This document shows, one piece after another, positions 14,291 through 28,699 of a stretch of DNA of 64,000 nucleotides (positions within the stretch are counted from its first letter, which is position 1; each line of letters begins with the position of its first letter). Source of the stretch: the human T2T-CHM13v2.0 reference genome, Homo sapiens; NCBI RefSeq assembly GCF_009914755.1, contig NC_060939.1, one strand, 5' to 3'. A program made the position numbers and the translations under genes. The notes beneath the pieces were generated by a model. The model did not search any database. It was given only the letters and a program-made list of their open reading frames with translations, and was not told the DNA's origin.

Positions 14291-16664
14291 CAACATTGAT
14301 CTGTTCCAAAAAAAAAAAAAAATCACATGACTTAGGAATTGCTAGTGGCAATATTACTGTGTCATTTTTCTTTCTCATACCAAGCCGATGAAGGTTCTAC
14401 TAACTGGAACAGCTATTAATTGTTTCTTCTTTCTTTGAACTTTAATTTCCATGTATGCTGTGCATTGAGAATCGTTTTGCTAAAAACTGAGTGGCCTAGG
14501 AGAGACGGCCTAAGAGAGCTGAGTGGGAAAGACTTCTTTTTGAGATAAAAGAGAGAAGTATCACATTCAATTTTTATTCATGATTAATCAGGTCAATCTT
14601 GTCTTCCCAAAATGTCAATTATGACAAAACCTAAAGTCAGGCAGCCTCCATTTTTCCTCACTTATATTTTGAAATGAGAACTCCAGAACTCTGCTGCTAG
14701 CCTCCAGGAGGCTGACGGATGTGTAAGTTCCTGTGTGTTTATTAAAACCATCCTCCTGATCTGATCCTGCATTAATGCACTCCACCTTGGAACTTCCCAT
14801 CAGCCTGTGGTGTCCCCCTCCTGCATATTCAGTTCAGATTCCTGTATAATGTCACCCTGTCTTGAATGAGGCACTCCGTTCTCAAAGGAAATCTTTGATC
14901 TGCAGTCTCCTCCCTTTTGTTCTAAAAGCTACTGCTTACAAAGCATTCAGTATTTTGGAGCTACTCTTCCATTGCTGTCATAGTTTTTTTGTTAGAATTA
15001 AACAAATCTCAGACATGGACAATGGGAATTTTGCTGAACTCCAGAAATTGTTTTTATAAGGTGTTTTTCTGTAAAAGAATCAGCCTAGAAGAAATTATGC
15101 TTTGCCTGCAGGTTGGAGACAAGTGGCAGCACTGACACGCCAATCAAATGGTCAAAAGTGTGTCACAAGTAAATATAAAATTGTTTCCTTTCCAAATCCT
15201 TTGTCTTTTACCTACAGTTACTTGTTTATTTTGAAAGGCTTTGAAATGTATTCCTTGTCTGAGGTATATCCAGTTTCCCATTTCCTCTGTATTACATTCT
15301 CATGTTTATGAGAATTGATGCTGTTTTCTCATATTGCTTTTGTGGCTTCTCCCACCCCACCTCGTGTAAGAATCTAACAAGGCAGAAGCTTTGGAGACAC
15401 TTTACTGGCTAATACCTGACCTCCCTCTCTCACATTACAGCTCCAAGTGACCATTTTCAAGGTAAAAGGTCATCCCCATCCCCATCCCTTTGGAACCAAT
15501 GTGCATCAACCTTCTAACCTCTGCCTCAGGAGATGATGGCTGTTTGGGCTGCAATCCCTTCATTACAGATGGTCCATATTTTATATTTAGTGTGGGAAGT
15601 CAAATTTAGGAAAGCAATTTCTCTTAAAGCTAGGAGTTCCAATAACCCAACATCTTCTATTGGCTTATGAGTGAGTGGGCAGTAATGGGTTTATGGGAAG
15701 CGCCCGCTGGTCTGTCTTTTCCAGGGAGGGGATTATTCCTGTCAATCTAAATTTTTAGAATTGGTGGGCTCCCATTGTTTATTATTCAGCAAGCTTTTAT
15801 TAGATTGTCTCTAAGCACAAGGCAGCAAGTGCAGCATCCTTCTGAGTAGGCTAGCAGGCTGGATCAATATTTCCAGGCATTTAAAATCTTGGATAAAATA
15901 GTGCTATGTTTTCATCTCGGCTCCAGAAGAGGAGTCCTGCATGTAGTCTGTCTCAGAAAGAGGGTATAGAAAGACACAGGATGACATTAGCATGGACAAT
16001 AATGGTCTAATGATGATAGAATTCACGAATAAGATGGTACATTTTTCAAGTGAAGTTACCTTCAAATAATATTTTACTCTTTTGTGACAGTTTAGCCTAA
16101 ATGTATATAAAAAAATAGTACTACTGGGCGACACGAAAGCATTTTTGTGCTAACTTCAAATGAAATACCACGGGAAGATTATACTAATTTAAAAATTAAC
16201 AATGTACATGAATTTTTGTCTATTACTACATGTAAACATGAAGTGAGACAGAGACTAGATGAGCTTATTTGTCTGTAGTAGATGAATCAAACCAAGCACA
16301 GTGACTTGGGACCAAAGAGAAGCCATGTGACCACAGGGCCTTTGGTTGTGCAAACCTCAGAAGGCCAAACTATCCTAAGGAAATGTGGGTGGGTGACATG
16401 AGCCACATGTCAGATATCAGATTTTAAAATCCCTTATCCTGGTTTTCTAGTTAACCTGATTGAAAACTAGGTTGGAGTAGAAGAGACCCTAGGAAGGAAA
16501 GTCTCCTGAGACTTAAGTGATGTTAAAATAAACGTGTCCCTCACCTGCTTCCCATCCCCTCCACCAGGAATAAAGGCATATGAGGACACACATGAGGCAT
16601 GATCCACTCAGGCCATCAGGCTGGTGTGCCCTGAAAACATTTCAATTTAAAAAATGATAATAGG

Positions 16665-17029
16665 TGATATGGTTTGGCTCTGTGTTCCCACCCAAATCTC
16701 ATCTCGAATTGTAATCCCTACATGGTAAGGCAGGCACTTGATGGGAGGCGATTGGATCATGGGGGTCATTTCCCCCATGCTGTACTCGTGGTATTGAGGG
16801 AGTTCTCACTATCTGATCTGATGGTTAAAAAGTGTGGCACTTTCCTTCGCTCTTTCTCCTGCCGCCTTGTGAAGAAGGTGCTTTGCTTCCCCCTTGCCTT
16901 CCACCATGGTTGTAAGTTTCCTGAGGCCTCCCCAGCCATGCAGAACTGTAAGTCAATTAAACCTCTTTCCTTTGTAAATTACCCAGCCTCAGGTAGTTCT
17001 TTTCAGCAGTGTGAGAACGGACTAACACA
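16665..17029 (+). mobile_element. ERVL-MaLR solo LTR (THE1D-like)
   Basis: TGATATGGTTTGGCTCTGTG...ATTAAACCTCTTTCC...GGACTAACACA. TG...CA ends, TSD ATAGG/GTAGG. Confidence 0.95.
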
Positions 17030-17309
17030 GTAGGTAATGATGGTATGGTAGCTGCTGGTCTTATTATTATTTTTATCACTGTTGAATATTTACTATGTTG
17101 TAAGTATTCTCACAATATTTTCTCACAAGTTCTTTTGAGACAAAATATTGTTATTACCTAGTTACTTTACACTCAAGAAGATGAGGGACATGAAGGGAGG
17201 TAATATTTATTAACTACCTCTTATGTGGCAGGCAGTGTGATAGAAATTTTCATACGTGTTATTAAATTTTATTCTTAAAACCTTTGTTTAATAAGGTATA
17301 TAGAGGAAC

Positions 17310-17430
17310 TATAATTACACAGGTGAGGAATTGGAGACTCAGAAAGGTTAAATAATTTGCCCGAGGTCATGAAGCTGGTAGGTGGTAGAACTGGGTTGCA
17401 AGTAACCAGGTGTGCTTTGTCCCTGGATTG
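17310..17430 (-). mobile_element. MIR SINE
   Basis: caggtgaggaattggagactcagaaaggttaaataatttgcccgaggtca (MIR core, antisense). Confidence 0.75.
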
Positions 17431-18749
17431 CATTCTGTTTTCACTTGACAATAACGCCTCTCGGAAAGAGCAAATAACCTCCACATGCAGGGTCTTTGTC
17501 TTATCTCTCAGAGGTATTTGTCTCCCCACTGCCTCACATACACTCAGCTCTCAAGATATTTGACCCCAAGAGAATTGGCCAGATAGAGATGTGAGGACGT
17601 GTGAGTTGAAGCCCAATGTTATTACTCTCTGGCACATAAAGGGCCACAATGTCTGAGTAACACTGGAATCAGAAGACATGAATAAACAGAGGTCAAGGTG
17701 GTGGTTTAATCCCAACGACATGTAAACAAACTCACTTTTAAAAGTTAGTACTATTAACTCGTGGAGTAAAGCTCTTATTCGACAGCAAGTTAAATTTACT
17801 TTGTTTTTGGAGAATATTTCATCAAAGAGTTTGTGTCTAAGTCTTGACTATAATTTTGTAATTGGGTGCAGGGAGTTGCAACAATCTTCCTAGGAGCTGA
17901 GGAAGAGGATCTAACATGAGAACACAGAAAAGGCAGACCTAACATCACTGTGGATATTTCTTTCCTCCTTTTCCTGCTTGAACAGCCTGAAAAGTTATCA
18001 CTATTACGATCCTTGTGGGTTCCCATGTGCCTCATTTCTTCACATGTAAAATTGGATAATGCAATTGTAGCATGACCTGTTGATTAAAGAATAACATGCA
18101 AACAAAGCAGTAGGAGGAAATGCCTAGGTGTCTGGCAAGAAAAAAGAAACATTGTCCTTTTTGTTCAAATGTTATTTTAAAAGTTCAGGGAAGAAGACGA
18201 TCAGGATGCTAGTGAAAGCAGGTGGTAAAATGCTGAGGCCACAGCACTTGGTCAACTATTAAACATGAACCCTGTCCTAGTTACCAAGGATTATCTATAG
18301 GGACGGAGAGGGAGAGAAATCCAAATGGGGAAAATGTCGTGGGGAATCTGACATCAGGAATGCACTGCTTTTTCTCTGTGATGTTTTTTCTGTCTACGAG
18401 AGAGAATGCAGTAGATGCGAAGTTAAATCTTTGGTGACTAAACTCTATTCTGCCTCTCTTGGCAAGAGCATGAAAGCCACCTCTCTTTTACTCCAGTGTG
18501 CTAGAGGGAGTCCATGAGAATACAGCAACTCAGAACGAAGTGGGAAATTAATTAGTTAACTAACACCTATCCCTTTGATTAGCTATAAGGAGATATTCAA
18601 AGAAGGAACTGACATCCAGCCTCCTGGAGGGCTTTGGTTGGCATGTGTTTACGTGGACACAAGGGCAGCTGGGCATGGGAGCCCATGAGAACAGCACATA
18701 TATATCTACAGAGTCATAGTGATGAGGCTGTGCCTCCCAGTGACTATGG

Positions 18750-18940
18750 CATGGACCCTAGAGTTCTGGAGACCTGGCCTGGAATCTTGGCCTTGTCATT
18801 TACTTTGGTGAGTTGTCTGAGTCTCAGTTTTCTTAGTAAAAGTATCCACCTCATAGGGTTTGAGGATTAAGAACTGCATTTAGCCCAGTCCCTAGAACAT
18901 ATTAAAAACTCCGTAAAGGACAGTTACAATAATAATAATA
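18750..18940 (+). mobile_element. MIR SINE
   Basis: tctgagtctcagttttct...acctcatagggtttgaggattaa. Confidence 0.65.
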
Positions 18941-19477
18941 AACTCTTAAGAAAAGATTTAGGGAGAAAGTTAGGTTAAGCATGATGAACAAAAGTTGATG
19001 GTGGTCAGAAAATATTTGTGGTGCTGAGGAGTTTGATTCTTTTTAAAGTATTGATGAGTGTTCTGCAAATTTTTGTAATGAGAAAGTCATCACATTTTAT
19101 GACATAATTTATAGAAAAAGTATTAAAATGACATTGGCATCACTCACCCTTGCTTTTTACACTAGTCTTTGGCAGTTGGGGGAAAGACCAGGGCAAGCCA
19201 TATTATAAGGCAGCATTTTCTAAAATATACGTTCAGAACACAAGTTTCTTGAGAAATGTTTGTGAGATTCACACTGAACACTATTGTGTTAAAGGCTCTG
19301 TGATGTCCCCAAGTAAGTTAATCTGCTTAATTTTGCTAAATTCAGTACTGTATTTTTCAAACTCATTTGGCTCATTTTCTATGTATTAACTGTTAACATC
19401 ACTGAAACACTTTGAGGAAAGCTGATCTAAGGCAACACTTTTCTCCTGGAGATAATCTGCTAGAATTGTAGGGATAG

Positions 19478-19846
19478 GGCCAGGCACAGTGGCTCATGCT
19501 TGTAATTTCAGCACTTTGGGAGGCTGAGGTGAGCGAATTGCTTGAGCCCAGGAGTTTGAGACCAGCCTGAGAAGCATGGCAAAACCCCATCACTACAAAA
19601 AACACAAAAATTAGCCACACGTGGTGGTGTGCTCCTGTAGTTCCAGCTACTCTGGAGGCTGAGGAGGGAGGATCATTGAGCCTAGATAGGTAGAGGTTAT
19701 AGTGAGCTGTGATCGTGCAACTGCACGATCTACCTCAAAAACAAAACAAAACACTCCAAAACAAAACAAAAATACCTCAAAAACAAAAACAAAACAAAAC
19801 AAAACCACTGCACCCTACCTCAAAAACAAAACAAAACAAAACAAAA
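19478..19846 (+). mobile_element. AluJ-like element with rearranged 3' end and long (CAAAA)n tail
   Basis: Alu body 19478-~19728. TSD AGAATTGT(A/C)GGGATAG at 19462-19477 and 19847-19862. Confidence 0.93.
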
Positions 19847-20077
19847 AGAATTGTCGGGATAGAATCCAGGAGAAAATATTAAGTTTTGTAGATGTGGAAC
19901 TAAAAGCCCCAACCTTAAGTTGCCATAGAAATCTTTGCTAATAACCCTGAAGGAATGCCATGCCAGTTGTCTGCGTTGGGCAAAAGTGAGCAATGCCTAT
20001 CAGGCACCATTTAGTGAGTACCTACATATTTATTAAATGTTCATGCTTGACAAACACTTCAGGGTACACAAAGTCAA

Positions 20078-20120
20078 AATTTGACAGTGCCATAAAACCA
20101 ATTTGACAGTGCCATAAAAC
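20078..20120 (+). repeat. Tandem duplication with 22-bp period (AATTTGACAGTGCCATAAAAC x2)
   Basis: Two identical 21-mers at 20078-20098 and 20100-20120. Confidence 0.97.
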
Positions 20121-21844
20121 TACTTGCTAAATATTGGTGACTCATTTTGCTGAGAGTTAATTACGATTCTGTAAGTAAAAATTAAAAGGCAATGAAGAGT
20201 GGACTCCTGTGAGAGGAAGAGAGAAACAGCTCCACCCAACCTCCTAGGTTTTCTCTCTGCCTGGATGTAAGAAGTGCTTATGAAGCACAAGGAATATGAT
20301 TATTTTGTCATTGAAAAAGGCAGAAAAGGCCTTACTTTTATTTTAGGGATTGACTCTATATTGAGCTAATTCTGACTCAGTGTGCTTTTATCTTCACCCA
20401 ATTCATACACAAGGTGTCTTGTAAATTAGATTTTTTTCCCAGGAAAATAGGCTTTTAAAAGGTAGTTCATGCCTAAGCTAGACCACAAAAACCCATTTCA
20501 ACTAAATTTTCCCTGAACTTTCAGGACCCTGCTATCCTAAACCTGATAATAAAAGTGATGATTTTCACCATGTATCTAGTCAACAAATATTTAATGGCTT
20601 GCAATGGCCTGAGGTGTAAATACGGAAAATACCTGGTCCTAACTCTCAAGTTGCTTATCTGGTAGACTATATAAGATTTGAACAAATAATTACCAGAAAA
20701 GGCAGTTGCTGATACATGAACGGGAAATAAAGTACCCTGGAAGCATTCTGGTAGGGTGGAGAAAGCCTTCTTGGAGGTGGCATTTAAGTTAGCTTCACAG
20801 AATGGGTAAGGATCTAACAGGCAGAGAAAAAGGGATAGGAACTTAAGACAGAATGATTTGAAATCCCCTCTTAAAAACAATCCAGCAGGAGCCTGGTAAA
20901 TGATCTTACTTCTCATGCTCTATAGTTTCCTCATGCTAAGGTCTACAGAGTTGAGATAATTTCCAAGAGTCTGACACAGCAGCTCTTTCCCTTACTAGGG
21001 CATGAATAGCAGAACTGCAGTTAACAAGTCTTCATGGTCCCAGAGAGAAATTGATATTTGCTGACTGCATTGTGCTGAAGTAAAATTACAAGAGTGCATT
21101 AAAATCCTTTGTAAAGAAGGTTGAAGACATTACAAAAATGCGTGGGCACCTTGGGCATTAATATTTGATTCAATATCTTTTAGTTGCATATGGCATATTT
21201 TGATGGAGGAGGCGTGTACAGATATAAATACAAATTGGAGAACCACCAGGGCCACTGCTAGCTGTCTATAAGACTCCTGGCTGGCGGGATCCACTCAGCC
21301 TCACCCCATACACAGACTTTCTGAGGCCATATTCTGAAGTAAAAAGAATCAAGGGAGACTTTTTTCTGTCTACTCCATTGTTTATAAATGGAAACTTCCA
21401 TCCCTCTTCAGGAGTAGCTGGGAACGTCATGCAACAAACAACCATATCACACCACACCCAGTAAGTATTGCTAGAGCACCTGCTAAACATCTACTAAGTC
21501 CAAAGTCCTATGTTCAGATACTGACATGGGTGACAAAAAGAAAAGCTTAGTTTCTACTCTTCAGGAGCTCAGAGTCTGGGGGAGGGACAGACACAAATAA
21601 CCAGTGAACGTGAAAATGGCAAAATAAGTGCTTTGGGAAGAGGCGAGGGAAAAATGAGATCCTGCCAGCTCCCCTTGTATCCGTTTCACTGGAAATGTTT
21701 TTCTCCATTTTCACTCATAAACCACCTGCTTGGGACTCCGTTGGCCATCACCAATACATTTTCTTTTTCTCTGTATCTCTTGTCCAGCTCAACCCTGCTA
21801 GAGCAACTTCCTTTGCTGATGTGCAAGAGGCTTTCTTTTCACCC

Positions 21845-22370
21845 CTTCCTATCAGCCAGGGTTCAATTGCAGTCCACAGAGCCCATTCAAGTTTGATTAA
21901 GCAGAAAGATATTTATTACAGGGTATTAGGAACTTACAGATTTCTAGGGACAGGTGAGAGAACCAAACATGAATGCCAGACAGCAGAAGTGAGCAGCGAG
22001 GAAGAATGCTCAGTTACTCCCTGAGGCTGTTCCAGTGGAAAGTCCACAGCTGCTGCCACCTGTCACTCTACATTCATAAAACTACTACCTGAACACCAGA
22101 ACCTCTGCTACAGCTGCTGCAGATTAACTCAACACTTTTATGACCAGTGCTTGCCAGAAAAGGCTGTGGCCTTATCAATTTTAATTTTTTAATCCAAAGA
22201 CTCACAGGGTGCATTTGCTTGGTTGAAGCTAGTCATGTGCAAGGGATGTTTGAAATGGAGGTTTTCAGATTCTTCTTGGGAAAAGCTTAATGAATCATGC
22301 GTAAAACTACCAAAATGAGGTTAACAGAATCATTGGGAGCCACAAATGACAGGTCTATTTTATCTATTGT
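21845..22370 (-). mobile_element. Old MLT1-type MaLR LTR relic
   Basis: cagggttcaattgcag...ttaagcagaaagatatttattacagggtatt resembles an antisense MLT1 3' end. Very diverged. Confidence 0.4.
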
Positions 22371-22482
22371 ATCATCACTTAGACTATTTGCCCTTAGAAA
22401 GTTTGAGCACAGGTTTTAAAAAACATTTAATGATATGCACAGAGGGGCCTGGTAGAGTATACCATTTCAACATTTTACCAGG

Positions 22483-22770
22483 TGTAATGTTCTGAATGTG
22501 TTCCCTTAAATTTATGTGTTGGAAACATAATCCTGAATGTAACAGTGTTGGGGGCTGGGGCAGAATGGGACATGCCTAGGTCATGAGGACTCTGCCCTCA
22601 TGAAAGGATTAATGCTGCTATAAAAACAGCCTGCAGGAGTGGCTTTGCTCTCTTCTGCTCTTCTGCCCTGTGAGGATGCAGCAAGAAAACCCTCACCAGA
22701 TGCCAGTGCCTTGATCTTGGACTTCCCAGCCCCCAGAGCTGTGAGAAAATAAATTTATTTTCTTTATAGT
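22483..22770 (+). mobile_element. ERVL-MaLR LTR (MSTC/D-like), 3' truncated
   Basis: ggtcatgaggactctgccctcatgaaaggattaatg...cttgatcttggacttcccagcc...gtgagaaaataaattt. Confidence 0.85.
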
Positions 22771-23145
22771 AAACAGTTGATTCAGATGAGCAAAGCCCTC
22801 TGTGCCTCCAGTCTTCTCCCAACAGTGTGCCTGTCAGCTGCTCAGAATAAATATTTTTCAGTGGGATTGGCTGAGTTTTGATCTATACACCTATCAGAGT
22901 CTGATTCATATTTTCTCTGTCAAAATCTCTATTTACATAAATTAATCAACTTAAGTCTATTTTTAGAGGAAGCAGGATTAAAAATTTTGCCATAAATTTC
23001 TCATCTTTGAAATTAGGATTAGGTCTAGAGGAAAGTGGATTAATGCATTTTTTTCTTGGAATCAAGATCTAATTTTCTTTCTAACCATCTCCCCTTTTGT
23101 TTTTTCGTGTTTTTTTTTTTTTACAATAGAAGTATCTTTACCATA

Positions 23146-23878
<733 letters not shown>

Positions 23879-23928
23879 AGCAGTCCTTCTTGGGGTGAAG
23901 GTACGGTGGGGAGGATAGTCTTTTAAAT

Positions 23929-24158
23929 CAGCGATTTTTTCAACTGGGATGATTTTGCCTCCCAGAGGACATTTGGCAATATTTGGAGATATTTGTGGTT
24001 ATTACAATGGGGGAGGGGGGATGCTACTGGCTCCCCCCTGTAGAGGATACTGGGTTGAGGCCAGTGATGGTGCTAAACATTCTGCAATGTACAAGACACC
24101 TCCCCACAACAAAAATGATCCAATTCTAAATATCGAGTGTCAGGGTTGAGAAATCGTT
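23929..24158 (+). mobile_element. MER20 hAT-Charlie element
   Basis: gattttgcctcccagaggacatttggcaat...gaggccagtgatggtgctaaacat...gttgagaaa. 8-bp TSD TTTTAAAT/CTTTAAAT. Confidence 0.9.
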
Positions 24159-24374
24159 CTTTAAATGAAGCTGATTCTATTCTGTGAAGAACATAGTAGT
24201 AATTCCTAAGAAACTGAGATGTGTTATATATGTTTAAGATATATTTCTTTCCTTAAAATTTCAGATTTGGGAACCTGGGAAATTAGGTTGAGGGTAAACA
24301 CACCTAGTAGCTTCTTGTCCAGACAAAATCAAGAGGAGGCAGAGATTGAGAACAGTGGAGAGGGTCTCTTGTAG

Positions 24375-24432
24375 TAGGGTGACCAATTCCTCCTGGTTTC
24401 CCTGGGGCTTTCTAGGTGTTAGCACTGTAAGT
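24375..24432 (+). mobile_element. MER81-like hAT-Blackjack fragment
   Basis: tagggtgaccaa...ctggttt...ttagcactg. Confidence 0.55.
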
Positions 24433-25999
24433 GAACATAAAGTGAGCAGAGCTTAGGAGTGTAGAGAGACCTCATGATGTCCTGCTTCTCTCCTCTCTTC
24501 CTACCCAGGACTAGATCGCTAGCTGGCCCTTTGATTTAACTCTTCATCTACCATAGTAAGTACAAGTTTTATGTATATAGACTTGCCTCTTTTGGCAGCA
24601 ATGATTATAGTTTCAAATAACAGACAGAAGAACCCATTAAAGCTGTATATGTGGGAAATGTGAAAGACAAAGCTTTCTTTTGATTTATTTTTTCAAAATG
24701 TATAAATGGTAGACTATGTGCTAGGAAAAATAGATGTGAATAAATAAAATTATGGTGGAAATTTTTGTCTAGGCATTTTACAGAGTGGGTGAGTTTACAT
24801 ATTCTCTGGGTTACTGTGATAGTTGTGACAGATAGGTTTAAAGAATTAAAGATCAAATTCGTGAAGAGAACAAGGAAGTCTATAAATATCTGGTCTTATT
24901 GTAATTGAGATGGTTAACCATAAAGCAATGAAGGGAAACCCATAGAAAACATTTAGTTCACAAGTAGAAAGAATAGTTAAAACTTACAACAGTACAGGCA
25001 AGGAACTTAAGATGATAAATATTTTTAGTGCCAGTTCTAATAACTCTGTTTAATTGTAAACCAAAAACCTAGATGCCATCACACATGAGCTGTGAATATT
25101 AGTGGCCCAATTTATCTGGGTCACATGACCATGAGCAGACAGTGGAAAAGGGAAAATTGGCATCTAAAATTTATTTCCTTCCTGGGTTACAAAACAGAAC
25201 TACTAGCCAGGTTGTAACCTAACTAAATTGGTCAGTAAAACCAATCACAGTTTTATAGAGTCTACACTAAAGCTGGGAAAGACACTACAACTCAGCAGAA
25301 AATTTACCAACATGCCAGAGTTAAATAAGAAAAAGAACTTGCATGATTCCTACTAGCAACAGCTAACCTTAATAAAATTGGACGTGGCAGTTGAGATGCC
25401 CAGGCCACTGGGCTAGATATTACCATGAGCACTTGGGCAGTTTCCACACAGGGCTAAAGTAGGGAGTAGCTGCAGGAGTGGGCCCCATACTCCTCTGGTC
25501 CTTGGCCTTTTCAAGACCCTAGCAGCATTACCCAGGCAATGGAAAATTGAGTCCAGTTAATTCAATTGAATCCAAGGTCTTGGACACCACAGATGTGCTG
25601 ATTCTGTCAATCTTCATTCAATTTTTTGCCTTTATATTTCTCCTGGGTGTCCACCCATTTTCCAAATGGAGATCCTCCTGTCTATTTTTTACACAGTGTT
25701 TCTGGCACCTCAGCCTCTTCTTGCAGCACTCCTTCCCCATTCTGGCCCTAACCATCACCTATCTTTCATAGGTCAGAAGATATGATCTATGTCTCATCTG
25801 AAGATGTCACTTATCTGTATCCCTCTAAATAGTAAAGTAGATAAATAAAGTATATAAATAAAGTATTTTATAAATAAAATAAAGTATCTAAATAGTAAAG
25901 TCTATAAATAAGTATAGACTTCTCCCCCTCTGTGTCTTTTCTCACTTTCTACAGCTTCTTTGATACTATTTCTCTTCATTCCCAAAATATTCTCCCTGC

Positions 26000-27450
26000 T
26001 TTGAAGATCACACCAAGCTTTTTATATTCCTCTGCACGCCCTGTTGCCATTAACTCCTTCCCCTCTGATCTGTCCCATGTGAGTGACATGGGGACTTTTC
26101 TCCTCTCCAACTTCCATCATCACCTGAGTGATTTCTTATATCACGTAGACAATATATTTAGCACCCTATTTCCAATTCCTTGATCTCAGTGCCAATGGCC
26201 TTCATCTCTAATCCACATCAATGATTCTTATCTACAGCAACATGTTGCCATCATGGGACTGTTCCATACCTGAAATCTCAAGCCCCACAGCCCTTTTCTA
26301 GGATGGCGCCTCCCATGTGTACTGCCTTCTCTGTCACCCCAACAGTGCCTGCCTCTCATGCTTCTCGATTACTCAGTTTTCTGACTTCTTTCTGCACCAG
26401 CCTAAAATTGCTACTGTTCGTCATAACTTCTCTCTCACCAATACCATCATATCTCTCTACTGCTTATGTTTTTGGCATGCATCTCCTACACACTTCTAGT
26501 GGCACAGTCTGTTGAATACTGTTGGAGAAAGTCACAAACTGCATATTTGTGTCAGTACAAGTTCATAACTTCTAATATCCTTTGGGCCTCAAGATCCCTT
26601 ACCACTTATCTTCCTTCCTTTCTGGTGAGTGCTTCTATTTCCTTTAACAGCTTTGTCTTCTCTGTGATGCCCATCCTAATTTCTCTTGGTGGATGGATCA
26701 TCCCATTTAGCTACTTTAAAGCATGTACAGAACACAGTGGTGTTTACTTATAAATAAATATCCTTAGTTTCTACTTATGAGAAATTACAGATTATTAATC
26801 AGGAACTTCTTAATTTCTTGTCTCCTTGTCTACAAACTTATTTACATCTGTATCATTCTCTGGACCCATAGGAGGCATTACCCTCCCTGCTCTGTTCTTC
26901 CTGAGTCACCTGGAGCCTTGCTGTATCAACGATCTACTTTTTCTACTGTGTTTTCAGCTTCCTCTCTTCCTTCCCTTAGCTTAACATGTGATCAAGTTCC
27001 TCCATTCTAGCAAAACCAGAACAAAACCTTCCTTGTATTCTACAATGCTTTCAAGTATTTAGACAATCTCTCTTTTCCCTATCATAGCCCATTCTTTTAA
27101 CATCCTGTTTACTAAACCCCACTGCAACCTAGCCTCAGCCACTGACACCGTTCTCGCTAAGATCACTGTGGGAATAGTCTGTGTTTGTCTTATGTCAGCT
27201 TCTCTGCAGTACCTGACACTTGGGAGCCCACTCCTATTTTTAAGGCTCCCACATCCCCTTCTTTACACCAGCAGTGTGATGAGATGATTTGAATAGGCCA
27301 AGAAGTGGCCCACGTCTCTGCCTTGCACATGCCATTCACTCTTCTTGGAATGCTTTCCTCACCATTGCCTTCTGTCTTTTCTGCCTAGATGAATTCTCAT
27401 TTATTCTTCAAATTCTGGCTTAGATGTCACCTCCTCTTGGCAGACTGAAT
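26000..27450 (+). mobile_element. Highly diverged L2 fragments
   Basis: Pyrimidine-rich. ccccactgcaacctagcc..., tgccattc...ttggaatgctttcc...ttcaaattctggcttagatgtcacctcc. Confidence 0.5.
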
Positions 27451-28699
27451 TTCTCTGTATGAACCTCTTGTTACTAAGATAGCCTCCTTAACTGAAGATC
27501 TCTTTCTTCAACGTGGACTTCCAAAACAGCCTCTGAGTTATGGAGTCATCTGTTTTAAATCAGAAACAGAAAAAATAGAGGAAATCTTGGATCTTCTTTA
27601 TTGCTAATAAGGAAAACATTACACATATTTTTCTATTGGCATGCACTGGCAGTGTCAACATAGTCTAGCTAGTCATTTCTCTTTCTACCTGCTCTAACCT
27701 TATCTTTTTCCCCAATTTTAATGCATTTTTTGATTGGCATTGACTGGCTAATTAGCATTTACTTCTAGCATGGAGGCTGGCCTGATATAAAAATATTTAC
27801 AATGTTTAAAACACAAACTGAATTTTATATTTTTTTCAATCTGAGTTATAAGAAGGTCACTGGTTCTTTCCTTAACAAATACAATGACTTTTAAAATACA
27901 TGGTTTTCCTTGTAGCATGGTACATGCCTATGCTTTGTAGGAGAAGCACAGGATGTGGGTTTAGTTCAAATATAAGCATGTAATTATACTAGGGAAAAAA
28001 AGAGAACAATATTCTTTTTTTGAAGGTCAACAATAGACTCAAATATGAATTAATATTCAACACCACTGAATGACATTTCATCAAACACTTTATGTTTGGT
28101 TTTAATTTGTAATTTTTCTGAAAAAAGTATTAGCTAAGTAGATGAACTATGATGACACTGAAGTCTTCTCTACAGTTAGAAAGATCTCTTTTGCCGGGGC
28201 TCTGGACTGACTCATGTCTTTTCTGTAGCTTATGTGTTAATGGCACTGGTGTCACTGATACTTCTGTGCCCCATCACCATGGAGATTGATGGCAAAAACG
28301 ATTCTGGCCAATATGGCTTTTAGATGTTGCCTGTCTAGACACAGTCAGGATTACTGGAAACTTGTCTCTTTTTTTAATTTCATGGATACTTTATCCTTTT
28401 GCACTTAAACCTTAGTCTCTAAGGGGACAGACAAATCTTTCCAGCTTTGATATTTCACAGGGATGATGGGTTTTGTTTATGTTTTTATAGTTAACTACAT
28501 TTGGTCCTACTCTTTCCTCCCTATATCCTCATGTGTTAGTGGAATAGGTTTATCCAGTGGCTTTGAAGGATACCCTGAGTATTTTGCACGTTATCATGTG
28601 TACTAGGTATAATACTTTTGAAATAGCTCCTTTTAATGCTCTTTTATCAGATGCCTTCATCCATACACTACATCTCCATTATGGTTGGGGCAGGAGTAT

